DNA of 52,351 bases, filler included, from Sphacelaria rigidula (taxonomy: Eukaryota), in NCBI GenBank assembly GCA_964200075.2. It is 4 parts of 4 records of this genome, joined end to end, with 100 filler letters (N's around TTAATTAATTAA, not from the genome) between each part and the next. Parts side by side here need not be neighbours in the genome. Positions count along the whole stretch, not along the records: positions 1 to 13,014 come from CAXNAA020003228.1; 3 more parts are not named here. One strand, given 5' to 3'. Shown here piece after piece: positions 1 to 13,014 of the stretch (position 1 is the first letter of the stretch; the number at the start of each line of letters is the position of its first letter). Below the pieces are notes generated by a model, which worked only from the letters and a program-made list of their open reading frames with translations, was not told where the DNA came from and searched no databases. The translations under genes and the position numbers were made by a program.

Positions 1-150
1 AGCCTACTGATTATCTTGCATTTGGATGACAGCCAACAATGAGCTGCTTTCTTTTCTGGTATTGCCACTTCCAGAGATAGCCACGGCTTATACACTGCCT
101 CATGGATGCCTCACTATATAAACACCACGTAGTACGATCATCCCCATGCG
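1..150. repeat. Dispersed repeat (family A), copy 1
   Basis: agcctactgattat...gccacttccagaga...ccacggctta...ccacgtagtacgatcatcccc recurs with substitutions at about 1998-2150. Confidence 0.8.
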
Positions 151-565
151 CGAAGGGGGGGGGGCGGGGGAGGGGGACCCATATATTAAACGAAAACAAC
201 GAAAACAGCAACAACAACAACAACAGTGACAAAATTATTCCGAGATGGAAAATTTCTCGTAATCACGAATGGCATGCCATCACGGAATGTAAATTCGCTT
301 TTATTTTTATTACATATATATATTGGCGGATCTGAACCAGTTGAAGCCAATTGGTCACGGCGTAAAAGAGTCGTCGAACCAAAACAAAGTGGGGAAGGGA
401 TAGTATAATACTGCCAGTGCTACTGTACTATACTGTACTGTAGCATCGCACTACCGTCACTATATTCAAAAACACATGCACATACACATGCACACACCGA
501 ACAGACACTCGTAAAACCAACCACCCACGTACACAGGCCTTCTCTTTAGAGCATCCCTTCCTCAC

Positions 566-3500
566 CGCAGGCACGAGCGTAACGAACATGGGGTTGAGAC
601 TATTGGCCACCACCTCCGTGCGGCCGATCTCGCTCCAGAGGGACTCCCCACCGCATTTCATGTACACCACCTGCGAAACAGTTTTAAAAGAGTTTGATTT
701 TCAGTTCCGAGATCACAAAGCAAAGCAAAGAGAGAGGCAGAGACAGACACACAGATACCGTCACGTGCGGACAGGACAGTGAGGGTTTATTAGGGTGACA
801 AGGGAAATGAAGACAGGGAACAAGCAAGATGCACGCAGACACATGCACACACAGGAAGAGATTCGGAGGATGATGACAGAGAGGGGGGAAGATACAGGCA
901 GACAGACATATGAACAGGCATGAGTGATGCGCGATAGCGCCCCCAGCAAACCAGTTCCAAACCTGCCGCGAAAACAAATGGCCTCCTATCGCATGAAAGC
1001 TTGTTTCAGACGGCATGAAGCGCCTTATATGAGCGACATGGGCGAAGAATCCCAAACGTGGGTGTTGCTCAGCTTTCGTCATGATGATTTACAAGTAGAT
1101 TTTGCCTTCTCAAGCCAGCCAGTTTGGGGGGGGGGGGGGGGGGGGCTATTGCGGCACCACTAGCATACAGGCAGGGAGGCAGCGATGGACCAACGAAAAT
1201 ACATGCAGAGGAAGCATAGATTGAGACACACGGAGAGAAAGAGACAGCTAGCACCACCGAAGAAAGCATATCTAAAGTGAACGGGAAGAAGCAAGCCGCA
1301 CACAGAACGGTGGAATACCTCAGCGTGAGCAGCCCGCAACACTGACTGTCCAACATAATTTCATGCACGGACCACCTGTATGATGATGATGAACCATTAT
1401 AACAAAACCTGAACGTGGTAAATTCGCGCGTTTTTTGTTTTCCTCCAAAATACGAGCTTGATGGAAACAAAAATCAACTCAACTCAGGCTGTGTCTTATA
1501 AAAAAAATCGTGTCGAAAACGTGCGATCGAATCGAATTCGCTCGTTTCTGATTCGTCCACACCATTCATTTTCTCAGATGGTTGAGAGCATGAATGCCGT
1601 GCACGTATCAGGTACGAGCAAATGCGACTCCACCGTACATTTTCGAGTCGAAAACAATTTGAGAAGACACGGCCTCACCAGGCATACACATCACGTCCCA
1701 GGGCAGGACGGGGGGCGCGTACTCATTTGTTGCTTGCCTTAGTCGTTTGACCATGGGCCACGCATCCCTTTCGAGACGGGGAAGGAGCACGGGGGGCGGG
1801 GGGCGGGGTAGGTGGTGGGTACTCATAATCTCGCATGCCGTAGTCAAAATATCATTGACCTCGCATCCCTGCAAAGCCGGGACGGAGCACGACGGATTTT
1901 CGCCGGGCCAGGCTCGAAAATCTATTACCGAGCGCGAAGCGCCGTGGTGTGTTCGGTGAGTCGCAGACCTGCATTCTGGTAAGATTGTTCGGCCCGAAGC
2001 CTACTGATTATATTACACATGGATGAAAGCTTCGAATAAGCTGCTTCGTGTTCTGGTACCGCCACTTCCAGAGACACCCACGGCTTACACACTGCCTGAT
2101 GGGTGTCTCACTATTCAAACGCCACGTAGTACGATCATCCCCCTTGCACGGAGTTGAAGTTTATTCACCCCGCACAATATGATGTAACTCGACCATCATC
2201 ACGAGTACCGGGAAAAAACGCAAGCCAGAACAAAAAAAGGTAGTCTGGTTGTCTCGCTTACGCAGTGAGTGGCGCGTTCTACAGCATCGTTGCCAACCGA
2301 CGTCAACCCTTACAGGAGGGGGGGGGGGGGGCTCATTTGTTACTTGCCTAAGCCACTTGACCGTTGACCATGCATCCCTTTCGAGACGGAGCACTGTTCC
2401 TACTCCTGATAGAGACACCTCCAACATTTTGAGCGCTTATTACACTTTTCCCCTACATAACATAAGAACTTATTACATGACTTATCCCCCTCCTGCTTCG
2501 TCGTCCGTGGACACATTATATCTCCTAGTATAGCGATCGTTTTGTAATGCGCAACATCTCACTTTCGCTCTGTCCTCTCATCTCCTGGGAGGGAAGGAGC
2601 AGGGGGATTTCACCAAAGCAAATGAGCGAAATTGCAACGAAGGGGGAAAAAAAAAAAGAGAAAAGAGAGAAGACGGAAATAAAAGAAGAAGAAGAAGAAG
2701 GAAAAGAAAAAGAAAAACACCCTTCATGAAAATTTGGTTGTACACGTCGCTTGTAAAGCTCACTCACCACGAAGGGATCAGACAAGCTGCCAATGTCTAC
2801 GTTGGCCAGGCCCTTGCATGACAGCGACAGGTGAACGCGGGAGGTTAGCCCAGGTCCCGAGATGATGGCCGCCGCCTGAAACACGGAGCATAAAAATGCA
2901 CGTTTACAATATCATGATCTTGACCTTACTGTCTAGATACAGGGACTAGCAAGCGACCACGGCTAGGGCAGCAGGTGTTTATGTTACATGTGGTCTGTGT
3001 ATGCAGTTGAAATAGCACTCTCCCAGTAGATGCAAGTGGAATCCTTGTTGCCTTGTGTCTTGTCTTGTGTTTTATATACAATAGCCCAGTAGCATCATGC
3101 TGTGCACAACACACATTCTTTCATTTTCATCAAGTATCGAAAAACGATCCCGAAATGGTCATCGCCATCACCATCACTATCGCAGGATGTATTTTCTTAT
3201 ACATACATGCATACATAACCAGGGAAAAAAAAAATTATCTCGGTCGTTGATTATCCACTTTTTTTTCACCTCTCTCTCACACTTCCAACCCCTCCCCTTC
3301 CTCGGGACCAGCTTGTGGTCTGTCTCCAGGGATCAAATCATTTCCCCCTGGTGATGTTTGTTGTATGTTTGCTACGACGACACGTCTGACCTGCGTTCGC
3401 TGCACACAAAGCTGACGAAAATGACAAACAATAAAAGGGCCAAGTTGGGCACCATGTACAAAACAGGGGGTACGGGAAACGTACAACTACCCCGGGTTCA

Positions 3501-6500
3501 CTTCAGCAAAACCCGGCATTTTCTTTGAAGTATCTTCCTTGTAGTGGTTTCCAACACCGGATGTACGTGTAACATCGAGTTGTCAGCGTCTACTGCTCAA
3601 CCATACCCACCCACTAAACACCCGTATCGTATATATACGCAAGAGACTAGCGCGGTCCAGAAGATGGATGTTTCATCTGAAGGTGCAAAAGGGGCGTCGA
3701 TAGTCACCTAATTGTCATCGTGTGGCTACTTCTTCGAGGAGGTTTCCGTATTTCTTCTGGGAAAACGCGAGCTGTGTAATATTTCCGAATGCTTTTTGTA
3801 AGTGATCAAGTCAAAACACATTGCTACCTATATTTCAAGGGTCGGACGAATTAATGATTCGTCCGGAAATCACTCGATTTAAGTGTAATTGATTCGTACC
3901 GTACAAATCAATTCTCAGGGTTTGTTTTCAGCGTTGCAACCCAGGTACGCGCAGCCCAGGCACGTGGAATGGCGCAAAAGTTGTCTGGAGACCCTCTTGA
4001 CCCGCGGGCATTTCTTTTTTCTTTTTTTCGAGCAATCAGGCCTGAGAAATCGTGGATCTAGTGATTCGAAGCGGCGATGATTTGTCCGAACCGTGCTATA
4101 TTTATTGCACGCTTTTATTTCTGTCTTTTGTTCCGCGGCCTATGCACACACTTCGTACGCATACCGAAATGCGTTGAATTTGTCGGCCATGATAACCTAC
4201 ACCCAACAGTCTTTTTCATGACGCTCAGTTGTTGTCCGTGCCATAAATAGCGTATGTGTATGGCCACGATGCTTTCTCGTTGCTCATTGTCGTATGTCAC
4301 TCAATACAGGGCCAATCAGAATGATGAACATTTTTTCGTCCGTGATTCACGCGCGTATATACTTTTTTTGTCCGAATACTATTCTCAGTCCTGGAGCCCG
4401 CAGCTATAACACGTACTGCCTACATTTGTCTAGTCTACCACTACGACTGATTCTCAAGCGATGATCGGTATGCCACAGATAAAACAAAATTCCGATATTA
4501 TGTTCTCTGCGAGGAAATCTAGTCACTCCTTGTCATCGGTCAAAAGATGTCGATCCTGAAGATCTACCTTTAAAAAGATCAATATAATACCTTCTTCTGT
4601 CCTATCGGTACTCATGAATTCATCAATTTTTGTTCCATGCCGTTGTCATCCTATGATCACCACTTCCTGAGTGTTGTGAGTGAGTACTTTAGATGTATGT
4701 CTGAAAGACTGTTGGATCACCGCGTGACCAGGGGTCCTTCACTCCTTAGTTTCACGGTGTGAGAGTTCTAACGCCGTCATAACTGGGGGGTGACGTGAGT
4801 CCCATTTATGCGAACCCAACATGCCTGACAGTTCTGTCCAGACCCAGGCAGACTTCCCGGATCCGTTCACAGGAATTCACGAGGAAGATTCCTCGGGTGT
4901 CGACTGGATCACTTTTTGATAACTGGTCCAACACCGTCATAACTGGGGGGTGACGTGAGTGTCACTTCTGCGAACCCGACATGCCTTAAACTTATGTCCA
5001 GAACCAGTCAGACTTCCTGGTTCTGCTCATAAGAAACTTCTAGCCATGAGGAAGATTCTTCGGGTGTCGGTTAGACTGCTCTTGGAGAATGGGGCCTACT
5101 TCTGGAGGAACGAGACGATTGTAAACCTGAACTGCTCAAGAGAAATGGAGCCATGTACGCACCGAACTCATGGCCAACGTTCCTCGGTTCATTATCTGCC
5201 CATCTTGTCCCTTAAGGGAGACGATATGTGACGCTAACCCCTGCGCCCTCGTCGCGCTTACTTAATATCTGTCTAGCTCTCCATAGCTTCGTCCCTCACT
5301 GCAACCGTAGTAGCTCGATTGAAAGAGCACTCTGCTGTCCACAGAAAGACGAGGGCGCATAACCGTCCGGCGGTATCCTGTCGTGTACGAATCCTACCAG
5401 CATCTCGTTTTTTCCCAGCTGGAAAAAAATAACGATCTCCATCGGGGATTATTTATTTATTTTACTTATCTATTTCACATGTCGCACTTTGAATCCCTCC
5501 CCTTCCTCGGGATGAGTCCGTGGTGTCAAGGGATCTACCCATCTCTCCCAGGTATACGCCGTCCATTTCGGTCTCGCGGATTGGGTCAGCACTCCCGCAC
5601 CGCGTCAACTCTCGTCAAACAAACTTAGTCAGCTGACTTTGTTTTGTTTACTGACGTACAAACGCTTTTGACGATGAAAATCAGATACCTTGAAGAAAAA
5701 ACCTACGCGTCGGGATTCGAACTCTCGTTTCCTTTACCATAATGGCGACAACAGTCGGACCATCACACAACCGGGGCACAGCAAGGGATCAAGGAAAAGC
5801 GTTGCAGCCCAGTGCCCGCTGGATACTTCATGCCCGTGCTCGTTGTTTGCGGCAAACGGCTCGGAGGTCCTCCCCCATGATGCAGCTGCTGACGAGCTTG
5901 ATGCCAACTCCCAGCATTTCCAGCGTACTCTTGACTATGCGCAACAAAGTTGTCACCCGTAATTCCGACGCGTTTTACAAAAAAAAAAGTTGGAACACGC
6001 TATCGCGCCTCGAAATGAGATGCACCCGATACTCAAAGCAGTACGATAACGCCATAACCAGAACTGCGTCAAACGAACAGCGGCGGAGCTGTGCATAATC
6101 AGATTACTCCGCAGCGATATGCATATGTCATGCTGATTCGGGAAACTGAAAAGCTGTGAGCCAAGCGGTTTTACGCTTCAAGACTGGCCCAGCTCGTACT
6201 TATAGAGCAGAGTGGACCGACACCAAGCGGCCAGTGACCGAAATGTGCCAGTATTATTGTGAAGAGACAACGGTGCTTGGGTACTGTAACCGATTCCACT
6301 ACTGTGCAATACCGGGCGTTTGCACACAACAGTTATGAGCACTTCAGGTCTACAGAGCGGCATACATAAATTGATATTAGCACAGGATTTGTTCGGGATA
6401 TACACAACACAGGACCGGGGTGTTGCATGTATAGAACGGGATGGCGTGAAGAACGCGTAGTGGAAGCACCGGGACTCGACACTGCTAGACCTGGTCAACC

Positions 6501-6977
6501 AGTGCAGCACAGTTGCAGTACGGTGCAGCTCAGCATACTGCAGCAACGCGTTCAATGTGTGTGTATATGTGTTGCCATCCCATCTATTCTGGTCGTCAGC
6601 CTGCACCATTCGGTATGTGTGGGCGCATCAGCCCGGGTCACACCGGAGAAAGGTCAGCACAGGAGCGTTTTTTTTTTCTGCAGTGCAGTGGATAATTGCT
6701 GCTGTTTGTCCTGCTCTGTTGCTGCTACTGTACGCTGTTGGCATCTGATTGTGTTGGGTCACCCCCGCCGTGTTGCCGTACGGCATTCTAGACCGTACCA
6801 TGCCATGCCGTGATGTCTTATACGGTATACAGTATACTTCAAGCTCGTGTGGCTGTGTGTGTGCTGCATGACTGCGTGCTGTACCTCATCCGCGAACCCT
6901 TCGCGTGCCCTCGCTCCTCCCAGCGTGTGTCCAGCAGTGTCGCGATCGTCTTCTAGTGTGCTGTTGCTGCAGCCCAT
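566..6977 (-). CDS. Copine (C2-domain Ca2+/phospholipid-binding protein), 5' part; gene continues beyond the left edge
   Basis: Three GT-AG, phase-0 exons: 6977-6885 (MGCSNSTLEDDRDTAGHTLGGARAREGFADE), 2875-2768 (AAAIISGPGLTSRVHLSLSCKGLANVDIGSLSDPFV) and 670-566 (VVYMKCGGESLWSEIGRTEVVANSLNPMFVTLVPA). The joined sequence matches the copine C2A signature (LSxSCxxL...SDPFVVVY...WxEIGRTEVxxNxLNPxF). Confidence 0.88.
1722..1810. repeat. Short dispersed repeat (family B); further copies at ~2332-2394 and ~26228-26300
   Basis: Core tgttgcttgccttagtcgtttgacc...cacgcatccctttcgaga occurs three times, each next to a G-rich run. Confidence 0.75.
1998..2150. repeat. Dispersed repeat (family A), copy 2
   Basis: Direct, diverged copy of 1-150, inside a copine intron. 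Confidence 0.8.
3225..3350 (-). mobile_element. Fragment sharing the 3' tail of the tRNA-derived SINE family
   Basis: cacttccaacccctccccttcctcggga...gtggt...gggatc matches the 3' part of the SINE copies at 5447-5777 and 38845-39176. Confidence 0.55.
4770..5070. repeat. Tandem duplication, ~160-bp unit x2
   Basis: ccgtcataactggggggtgacgtgagt...gcgaaccc...cagacttcc...gaggaagatt...cgggtgtcg occurs at ~4775 and again at ~4935. Confidence 0.8.
5447..5777 (-). mobile_element. tRNA-derived SINE, minus-strand copy
   Basis: Reverse complement of 38845-39176. It has a B-box (gggattcgaac on the plus strand), a gccccgg head and an AT-rich tail. Confidence 0.75.
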
Positions 6978-7999
6978 GACAGCCCAACTTGACTGTCCAG
7001 TCCCGTAGTGACTTTGCCGTGCGTGTAGGTGTCCAGTACAGAATCCCGCAAGAGCAAGTTGCCAAGATGTTCGCTTGACGCGCTTCTATTCTGAGTTGCT
7101 ACGTACACAACCACTATAGTCGTTGTTTTCCGACGGCCACGTGTGCCTCAGTGTGTATACTTTTGAAGACAGGATAGAAGACGAAGCGACCAGATGGCGG
7201 TGGGATGAGGGAATGAAACTGCGGTGTGAGCCTCGTGACAGTCCTGTGCTTCCAGGGCGTTTGCAGATTGCGGAGTAATTGTAGAGTGTAGTGTCATTAT
7301 TTCGTGGAGGCTTTATCTGTGTACGAGGTGCTGACGTCGAGGAATCCAGGACGTGACGCTTGATGACGCTAGAGCTCCCAGTATATGTTGCTCGATGCCG
7401 GAGGGTGGTGTTGAAGCGACCGCGTCAGAGGCTTAAGTCGCTTTGGGTTCAGTGTGGAATGAAACGACGATTATGAGCATGGCGCCCTTTTTTTCTGCTT
7501 GTTTCATCTAGTACATGTCAATCATCCTGTAAGACAATGGGGGGTGGTCATACTTCGTTCTCCTAGTGCAGGTAATGAGGATCAATCACACAGAGAACTC
7601 TCTTTTCTTGTGTTGGGTTCTTCGGCCACCGTTTCACCGTCTGCGATACCTTGGTAGTACATCAGCAGGCCTCAGGAGGTCACCGACAGCGAATTTTCTT
7701 CTGCTCACAAACGCGACAACCTCCTGTCTGCGGACTATCAGCCTAAACTCGGTTCGCGAGAGCCGCAAATAGCTGTTTTTTAACTGTACCGTCTGCACTG
7801 TATTATTGTGTTTCTGATGGACCTGTTTGCCGAGGATATCGTACGCCTTGGGTACGGGGGTAGCAAACCACTGCCTACATCATGATGGTGCCGAAATACA
7901 CATACACACACGACTCGACCTCTGGTGTCTCGTATCCCGCGGTTGGATTCGGTATGTACGTGAGTATCGACACCAACGCTCATGCAGGAAAAGTGGAGA

Positions 8000-8240
8000 G
8001 ACTCGCCCTCCCTTGCGAGAGGACCTTGCTCACTTGTCGAGCTCACCAGAGAATTACGTATTGGATATAGCCTATAGTTGTTGTAGTGCAGGACTATCGT
8101 ACGGTACACGCCGAAGAAATGTGTCGAGTTCAATTGGCTCGAATACTATCACAGGTTACTGCCAGCGCTGTGAGGTGAAACGTATCCGCAAGTGTATCGA
8201 GGCACGAGCTCTGATTTGCACATTACCAGGGGTGTTACCT
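8000..8240 (+). mobile_element. Possible decayed Ty1/copia reverse-transcriptase fragment
   Basis: Frameshifted LAHLSSS...LDIAYS and VKRIRKCI/GTSSDLHIT resemble the copia RT C-terminal motifs (LxYL...RPDIAYAV; AVKRILRYLKGT...IT). Confidence 0.35.
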
Positions 8241-8429
8241 TTCAGTCAGATCGTTGCCGCACGGTATAATAACGTGTCATCCACACGTACGGACGAACAA
8301 GGGGTGTGGGCATCTTCAAGGGTGTTATATCCCGAGCAGCACACCACGCTACTGCATTGTGCATTAAACGAGAAGCTACGACAGCAAATATCATAGTGGT
8401 CGAGGCAATCGCAGCTGAGAACCTACCAA

Positions 8430-8625
8430 CCCCAAGTCAACAAGATAGGGTCGTTCAATAGACCACAGTGCACTGGGACCCCGCGGAATCTGCACGGAAA
8501 ATAAATGGCAAACCGTAGGGTTACTTGACCCTAACCCCAAGTTCAACAAGATAGAGTCGTTCAATTGACCATGGTGCACTGGGACCCCGCGGAATCTGCA
8601 CGGAAAATAAATGGCAAGCCGTACT
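8430..8625. repeat. Tandem duplication, ~107-bp unit x2
   Basis: caacaagatag.gtcgttcaat.gacca..gtgcactgggaccccgcggaatctgcacggaaaataaatggcaa.ccgta is repeated head to tail. Confidence 0.85.
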
Positions 8626-8634
8626 GTTCGTTAA

Positions 8635-9386
8635 CCCTCAGACAGGAAGCGTCGCCTCGGACAAATTTCACAGGCTGATAGTCCAGGGACATCCGTGGGT
8701 TTCCGGGAGGCGGGGGGGTAGAGTTGACAGGGGGTGGGGTTCTGTTCGCAGAACAGCCGAAAAGTTCACCAAGTCAACCATTTGTGTTTGAAAGCTCCCC
8801 ACCGAAAAATTATTAGAGAGAAACGAGGCCCGAGAGGAGCGGATCGACCGTTCTGATCAATCACAGATATCAAAATGATCACTTGTTCCCCTTCAGGTGA
8901 CTACAGGTGGACTACTTCGCTGTATAGCCGTATTTATCATTTTGGTCATGGCAATTCAACTATAGAAAACGGAAGCACAAATAACGTGCTTTTTACTTTC
9001 CTTGTGGTCTTTGCCGCCTGCCTGACCCCTCACGTGTTGCCAGCATATAGCGTCACACCGTCTGTAGTGTGGTTGTGGAACACTAAGTAGAGACATCAGC
9101 AGTAACGTGCAGCACATTGCATTCAATGGAGAGCAATGGCACGCTGACGGCTTCTTGCCGTTGTATCCAGCGAAGACACACAGCACACAACATACATACT
9201 GACTGCACGCAATGGACTGCAGGGTCAAAATCTGTCAGGGCTTCTCCGGGACTATTTTCTATGAAGATGCCCGGCATCCGATTGTTCATGAAAAAGGGCG
9301 TTGTTTGCAGCGAGAAATGAGTCGGTCTCAACCACAAATCTGGCATAGGTATCTCATTCCACCTCCTAGGGGTTGCTGTCTAAGGA
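8635..9386. mobile_element. piggyBac-like non-autonomous DNA transposon (MITE)
   Basis: Left end is TTAA|CCCTCAGACAG and the degenerate right end is CTGTCTAAGGA|TCGA. The interior is homologous to ~26290-26680 (direct) and ~12273-12460 (inverted). Confidence 0.55.
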
Positions 9387-10057
9387 TCGAGCCACTTCTA
9401 CTTGAAGAGTTACTGCGTGGCCCACATGACCTATCCTGACGATCAAAGGGTTAACCAGACTATGAATAAGTGTACAAGAGTAAGTGGCTTATGCCCCTAT
9501 CCACCACACTGTACTGTACTGTCTCTGTTGACTGTACTGTGTACGGTGTCATCCTGTTCAGAACGCAAGGTCCATGCCTCGCAGGTGCTATGCTGCTAGT
9601 CTATTAGTACTGTTTTGTGTGCTGTACTGCGCTGTCTGCAGTGACTCCACTACGGTTTACTGTCTATTGAACGAAGGGTACGCTGTCAACTTCACTTGTA
9701 TTCGGATAGACCCAGTGACGCTTTATATTTGCATACCATCTGCACAGACCAACGTATGCGACATGCACTGACCTCACTCCTCGGCAGCGCGTGTGTTTTC
9801 CTTGTGCAGTAAAGTGTTGAGAGGACGAAGAGAGGGCCTGAACCAGGGCAATGTATAATTGGTAACGAGGCCGATGATTGGTCGAAGAGAGGCGTTTTGA
9901 CCGACTCCAATATTTTGGTTCCAAGGTGTGTTTTGGTTCTATCAACGGTTCTGCCAAATCTGTACAGTCCCGCACAAACCAGCCGAAAGCTCACACAAGC
10001 AAGGCCGTACCTACTTACTGCCCTCATCAGCAAGCAGCAAGTATCCAAGGGACAAAC

Positions 10058-10315
10058 ATGAGCAAAAATCTCATGTCTAATCGAATATTTCAGGTAGGTG
10101 CCCTGACATTAATCTGCGGGACGTATGTGAGCGTCGTAGCTTTCGATCGATTCGGCACCCATAACCATGCGGCCTTCCTGAAGGCCCAGCAACGCGGCCG
10201 GGAGAGGGGCGAGGCGAGGTTCAGGGCAATGCAAGCGGAGGAGGATAAAGCGGCAGCTGCGGCAGCTGCGGCGGATGCAATGGTTGATATGCGGGCCCAT
10301 GAAAGGAAACGATAG
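10058..10315 (+). CDS. Small hypothetical protein (85 aa) with one predicted transmembrane segment and a charged, Ala-rich C-terminus
   Basis: ATG in an acaaacATG context. MSKNLMSNRIFQVGALTLICGTYVSVVAFDRFGTHNHAAFLKAQQRGRERGEARFRAMQAEEDKAAAAAAAADAMVDMRAHERKR*. Codons look GC3-rich in the 3' half. No family recognised. Confidence 0.5.
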   Translation: MSKNLMSNRIFQVGALTLICGTYVSVVAFDRFGTHNHAAFLKAQQRGRERGEARFRAMQAEEDKAAAAAAAADAMVDMRAHERKR

Positions 10316-11429
10316 TACTGGTTGGACAGTGTACGCGCGTGCGTTCGAAGAGTATTGTCAGATCATCGTAGTGACGTCGGGCGTAAGCGGTGTATCCACC
10401 CAGACGCGTCGGTCTTCTGTTGAGCACTCGATTCGGCTATCAAGGGGTGTGCTCGTGAGCCTGGAGAGACGGTTTGGGCGGAGCGGGAAGGTGAAAACGT
10501 GTGCATGTGTTTCAAGGTAGAAAATAAAGGGAGAAACAACGAGGGGCTCGTGCAAGGACCGAGTTCGCCGCACTGATTCGACAGCGGGGCTAGCGAAGAT
10601 GACACATGATCGGTTACGGTCGCGACCCTTGCATGAACCGAGTCCAACGAGAGCAGCGCTGTGATGACGAGAAACTGATGGAGATGGGCCAAGAAGGTGT
10701 AGCCGCATAAGGAGGAAGCATTGCTAATGATCTGGTTCGAGATATTTCATTGTACCCTGAGGTAGAGAGCGTTACCGGTACGAAGGATTCGGCGGTACTA
10801 CATTATTTGGTGACGGTGGATAACACCCCCGGTTCTCGAAGGTTGCATCAACGTCGAATGAACTGTCTCTAACAATTCCCTCGAGAGATGCACTTTGTAT
10901 ATGACATTAGTTTACACGCAACAAGGTGGCGCCTCATCAGGCGGCCTCGGCATCAAGACGAATGTTTGTTTGGGGCTTGGAATGACTTTTAGGTTCGCAG
11001 GTTTTTGCTATTTGGCAAGCTGACCCGTGGTTTTATCAACAAGGCATATGATTTCGTGGGCCCACGGTCCACGACTGCAACAGTACAGTAATGTGCGCAT
11101 TCTAGTGGTGCTGTACATACGGTTACCGTATAGATTTCCTGGCGAAGGTTCCAAGAGTCAGACGAATAAATCGTGATTCGCCCCATATTCAAGTTTTGCA
11201 AGACGTACATATTCCCGCGTGTCAGTCATGCGGTATACTGTCGAAAGTCCGTTGTCATACATGCATGTTTCGAAGCTGTCTTTCGGCGGTATGAATCAAG
11301 CTTATACGAATTCCACATATCACTCGCCCAGCATGAAAAAAGAGTCTTGGCGAATGAAATAGTGACCTGGGTAATTGCGTCACCCCAACGATGGGTGGGA
11401 ACAAATGTCCAAGGCTGCGTTCTGTAGAG

Positions 11430-11870
11430 AGTACGAATTTTTTAGCACCCGGGGTATTGACCCGGTTATTACCTGTACCCGACATGTTCTGTGGGTTCTG
11501 CGACGGTTGCATTTTGTAGAGTACAATTATTTTGTACACCCGGGGTATTGACCCGACTATTACCCGTAACCGACATGTTATGTGAGTTTTGTAACCTTCC
11601 CATACCGGTACCCGACAGTTCTGTACGATCTAGATAAAATATGTACTTTTTCCATTCTCCGGGTACACCCTTGTATGAACACCCGGTTGCAGATAAGTGT
11701 TTCTGTACAACCTCCATGCCATACCCGCCAGATTCTGCAAGTCCTGCAAGATTTCCATACCGGTACCCGACAGTTCTGAACGTTCTTTAAGACTTCCATA
11801 GCAGTATCCGACAGTTACTGTGATTTCTATGAGATATCTCATACCCTACGGAACATACCCGTACCCTGCA
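11430..11870. repeat. Complex minisatellite-like repeat built from tacccgaca(g/t)ttctg and cccggggtattgacccg units
   Basis: Many internal direct repeats, e.g. cacccggggtattgacccg at ~11446 and ~11537, and cataccggtacccgacagttctg at ~11601 and ~11756. Confidence 0.75.
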
Positions 11871-12272
11871 CAAGACAACCTTGGAATCATGCGTACGCAT
11901 TTCCCGCCTTTCATTCATACGCATGAATCAAACTGACATTCGCTCTCCCTCATCATTGGTGCGACATGAATCAAATGCACCCGGCCACCATGTCATGCGC
12001 CAGGACCTTTTACTTTGGTGCGTATTCCGCAAGTGCCGCTCACGAGGCACGACTCTTTGGTTCATTTTCCGCCTCTCCAGTTCATGCGGCACAACTCTTG
12101 CACATAACGAAAAAGCTAGCCTATGGCTGATGATGCATATACATCATGTATCGCACATTTACTTTTTTGTCTGTTGAAGACGGGCCTGTTTCGACCATTC
12201 GGAACGAATAAACTAAATTCACCTTTTGATCGATAGGTGTGCCATCTGTTGAACCGGCAGAATCTTGACTAA

Positions 12273-13014
12273 CCCTCAGACAGCGATGCCCCCGCAGGTG
12301 GAATGAGATGATCTATGCCATGTTTGGGGTTCAGAACAGCTCTTTTCTCGCTACACAAAAGCGCCTTTTTTCATCAACATGTGTATGTTGGGCATCAAGA
12401 TCTGACCGGTTTTGATCCTGCTGTCCATTGCATGCAGAATCAGTATGTGCGCTGTATTGTAGTCGGCATCAGAAGTTTTCAAAATCCGTAGTTGTTGTAG
12501 TTTTTGAGTTTTTCTCGAGCACTATTCTGCATTACTACTTGAAAGTGATAGCGCCGGTAGATATAGGGGGAAAGCGTAGGCCGCGCTCAAACTGCAGTGC
12601 CCAAGTTGCTTTTTTTGGGGCGATACGGACTAGACACCCCACCCCGTTTATCAGGAGGGTGTTATTGACCGTTTTTTGTCCAATAAAAGCAGTTTTCCGG
12701 CTCTTCCTCCACGGAACGGTAAATATTCAGATGAATGAATACGTATAAAGTTCTTCACAATAACGATCGAGATCGTGTTTCCCTCCTATACTGCACAGAC
12801 CTCAGTCTAACATTTCCTGTGGATGGCCTCTTTTCGGTTTTTTTCGCATAGCATTTTCTATGATTACTCGAAAGTGCTAGCGTCGATAGTTTTGGCAAAA
12901 TAAGCAGACCGTTCTCGAATTGCAATGCCCAAGTTGGTGTTGTGGGGGCGATACGGAGTAAAGACTCCGTTTATCAGGAGAGTGTTTTTGAACGTAAATG
13001 GTCCAAGAAACATG
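12273..13014. mobile_element. piggyBac-like element end (CTAA|CCCTCAGACAG) followed by ~190-bp subterminal repeat units; runs into a gap
   Basis: 12273-12460 is the reverse complement of ~9180-9386. A unit ending ccccgtttatcaggagggtgttattgaccg occurs at ~12490-12680, ~12830-13010, ~13500-13672 (diverged) and ~44360-44535. Confidence 0.55.

Noticed and set aside
9445-9454. AAAGGG-TTAA as the right end of the piggyBac-like MITE
   Set aside because: Only CCCT matches the left end. The better TIR match and the homology boundary with the 12273 copy are at 9376-9386, so this may be the end of a different element.
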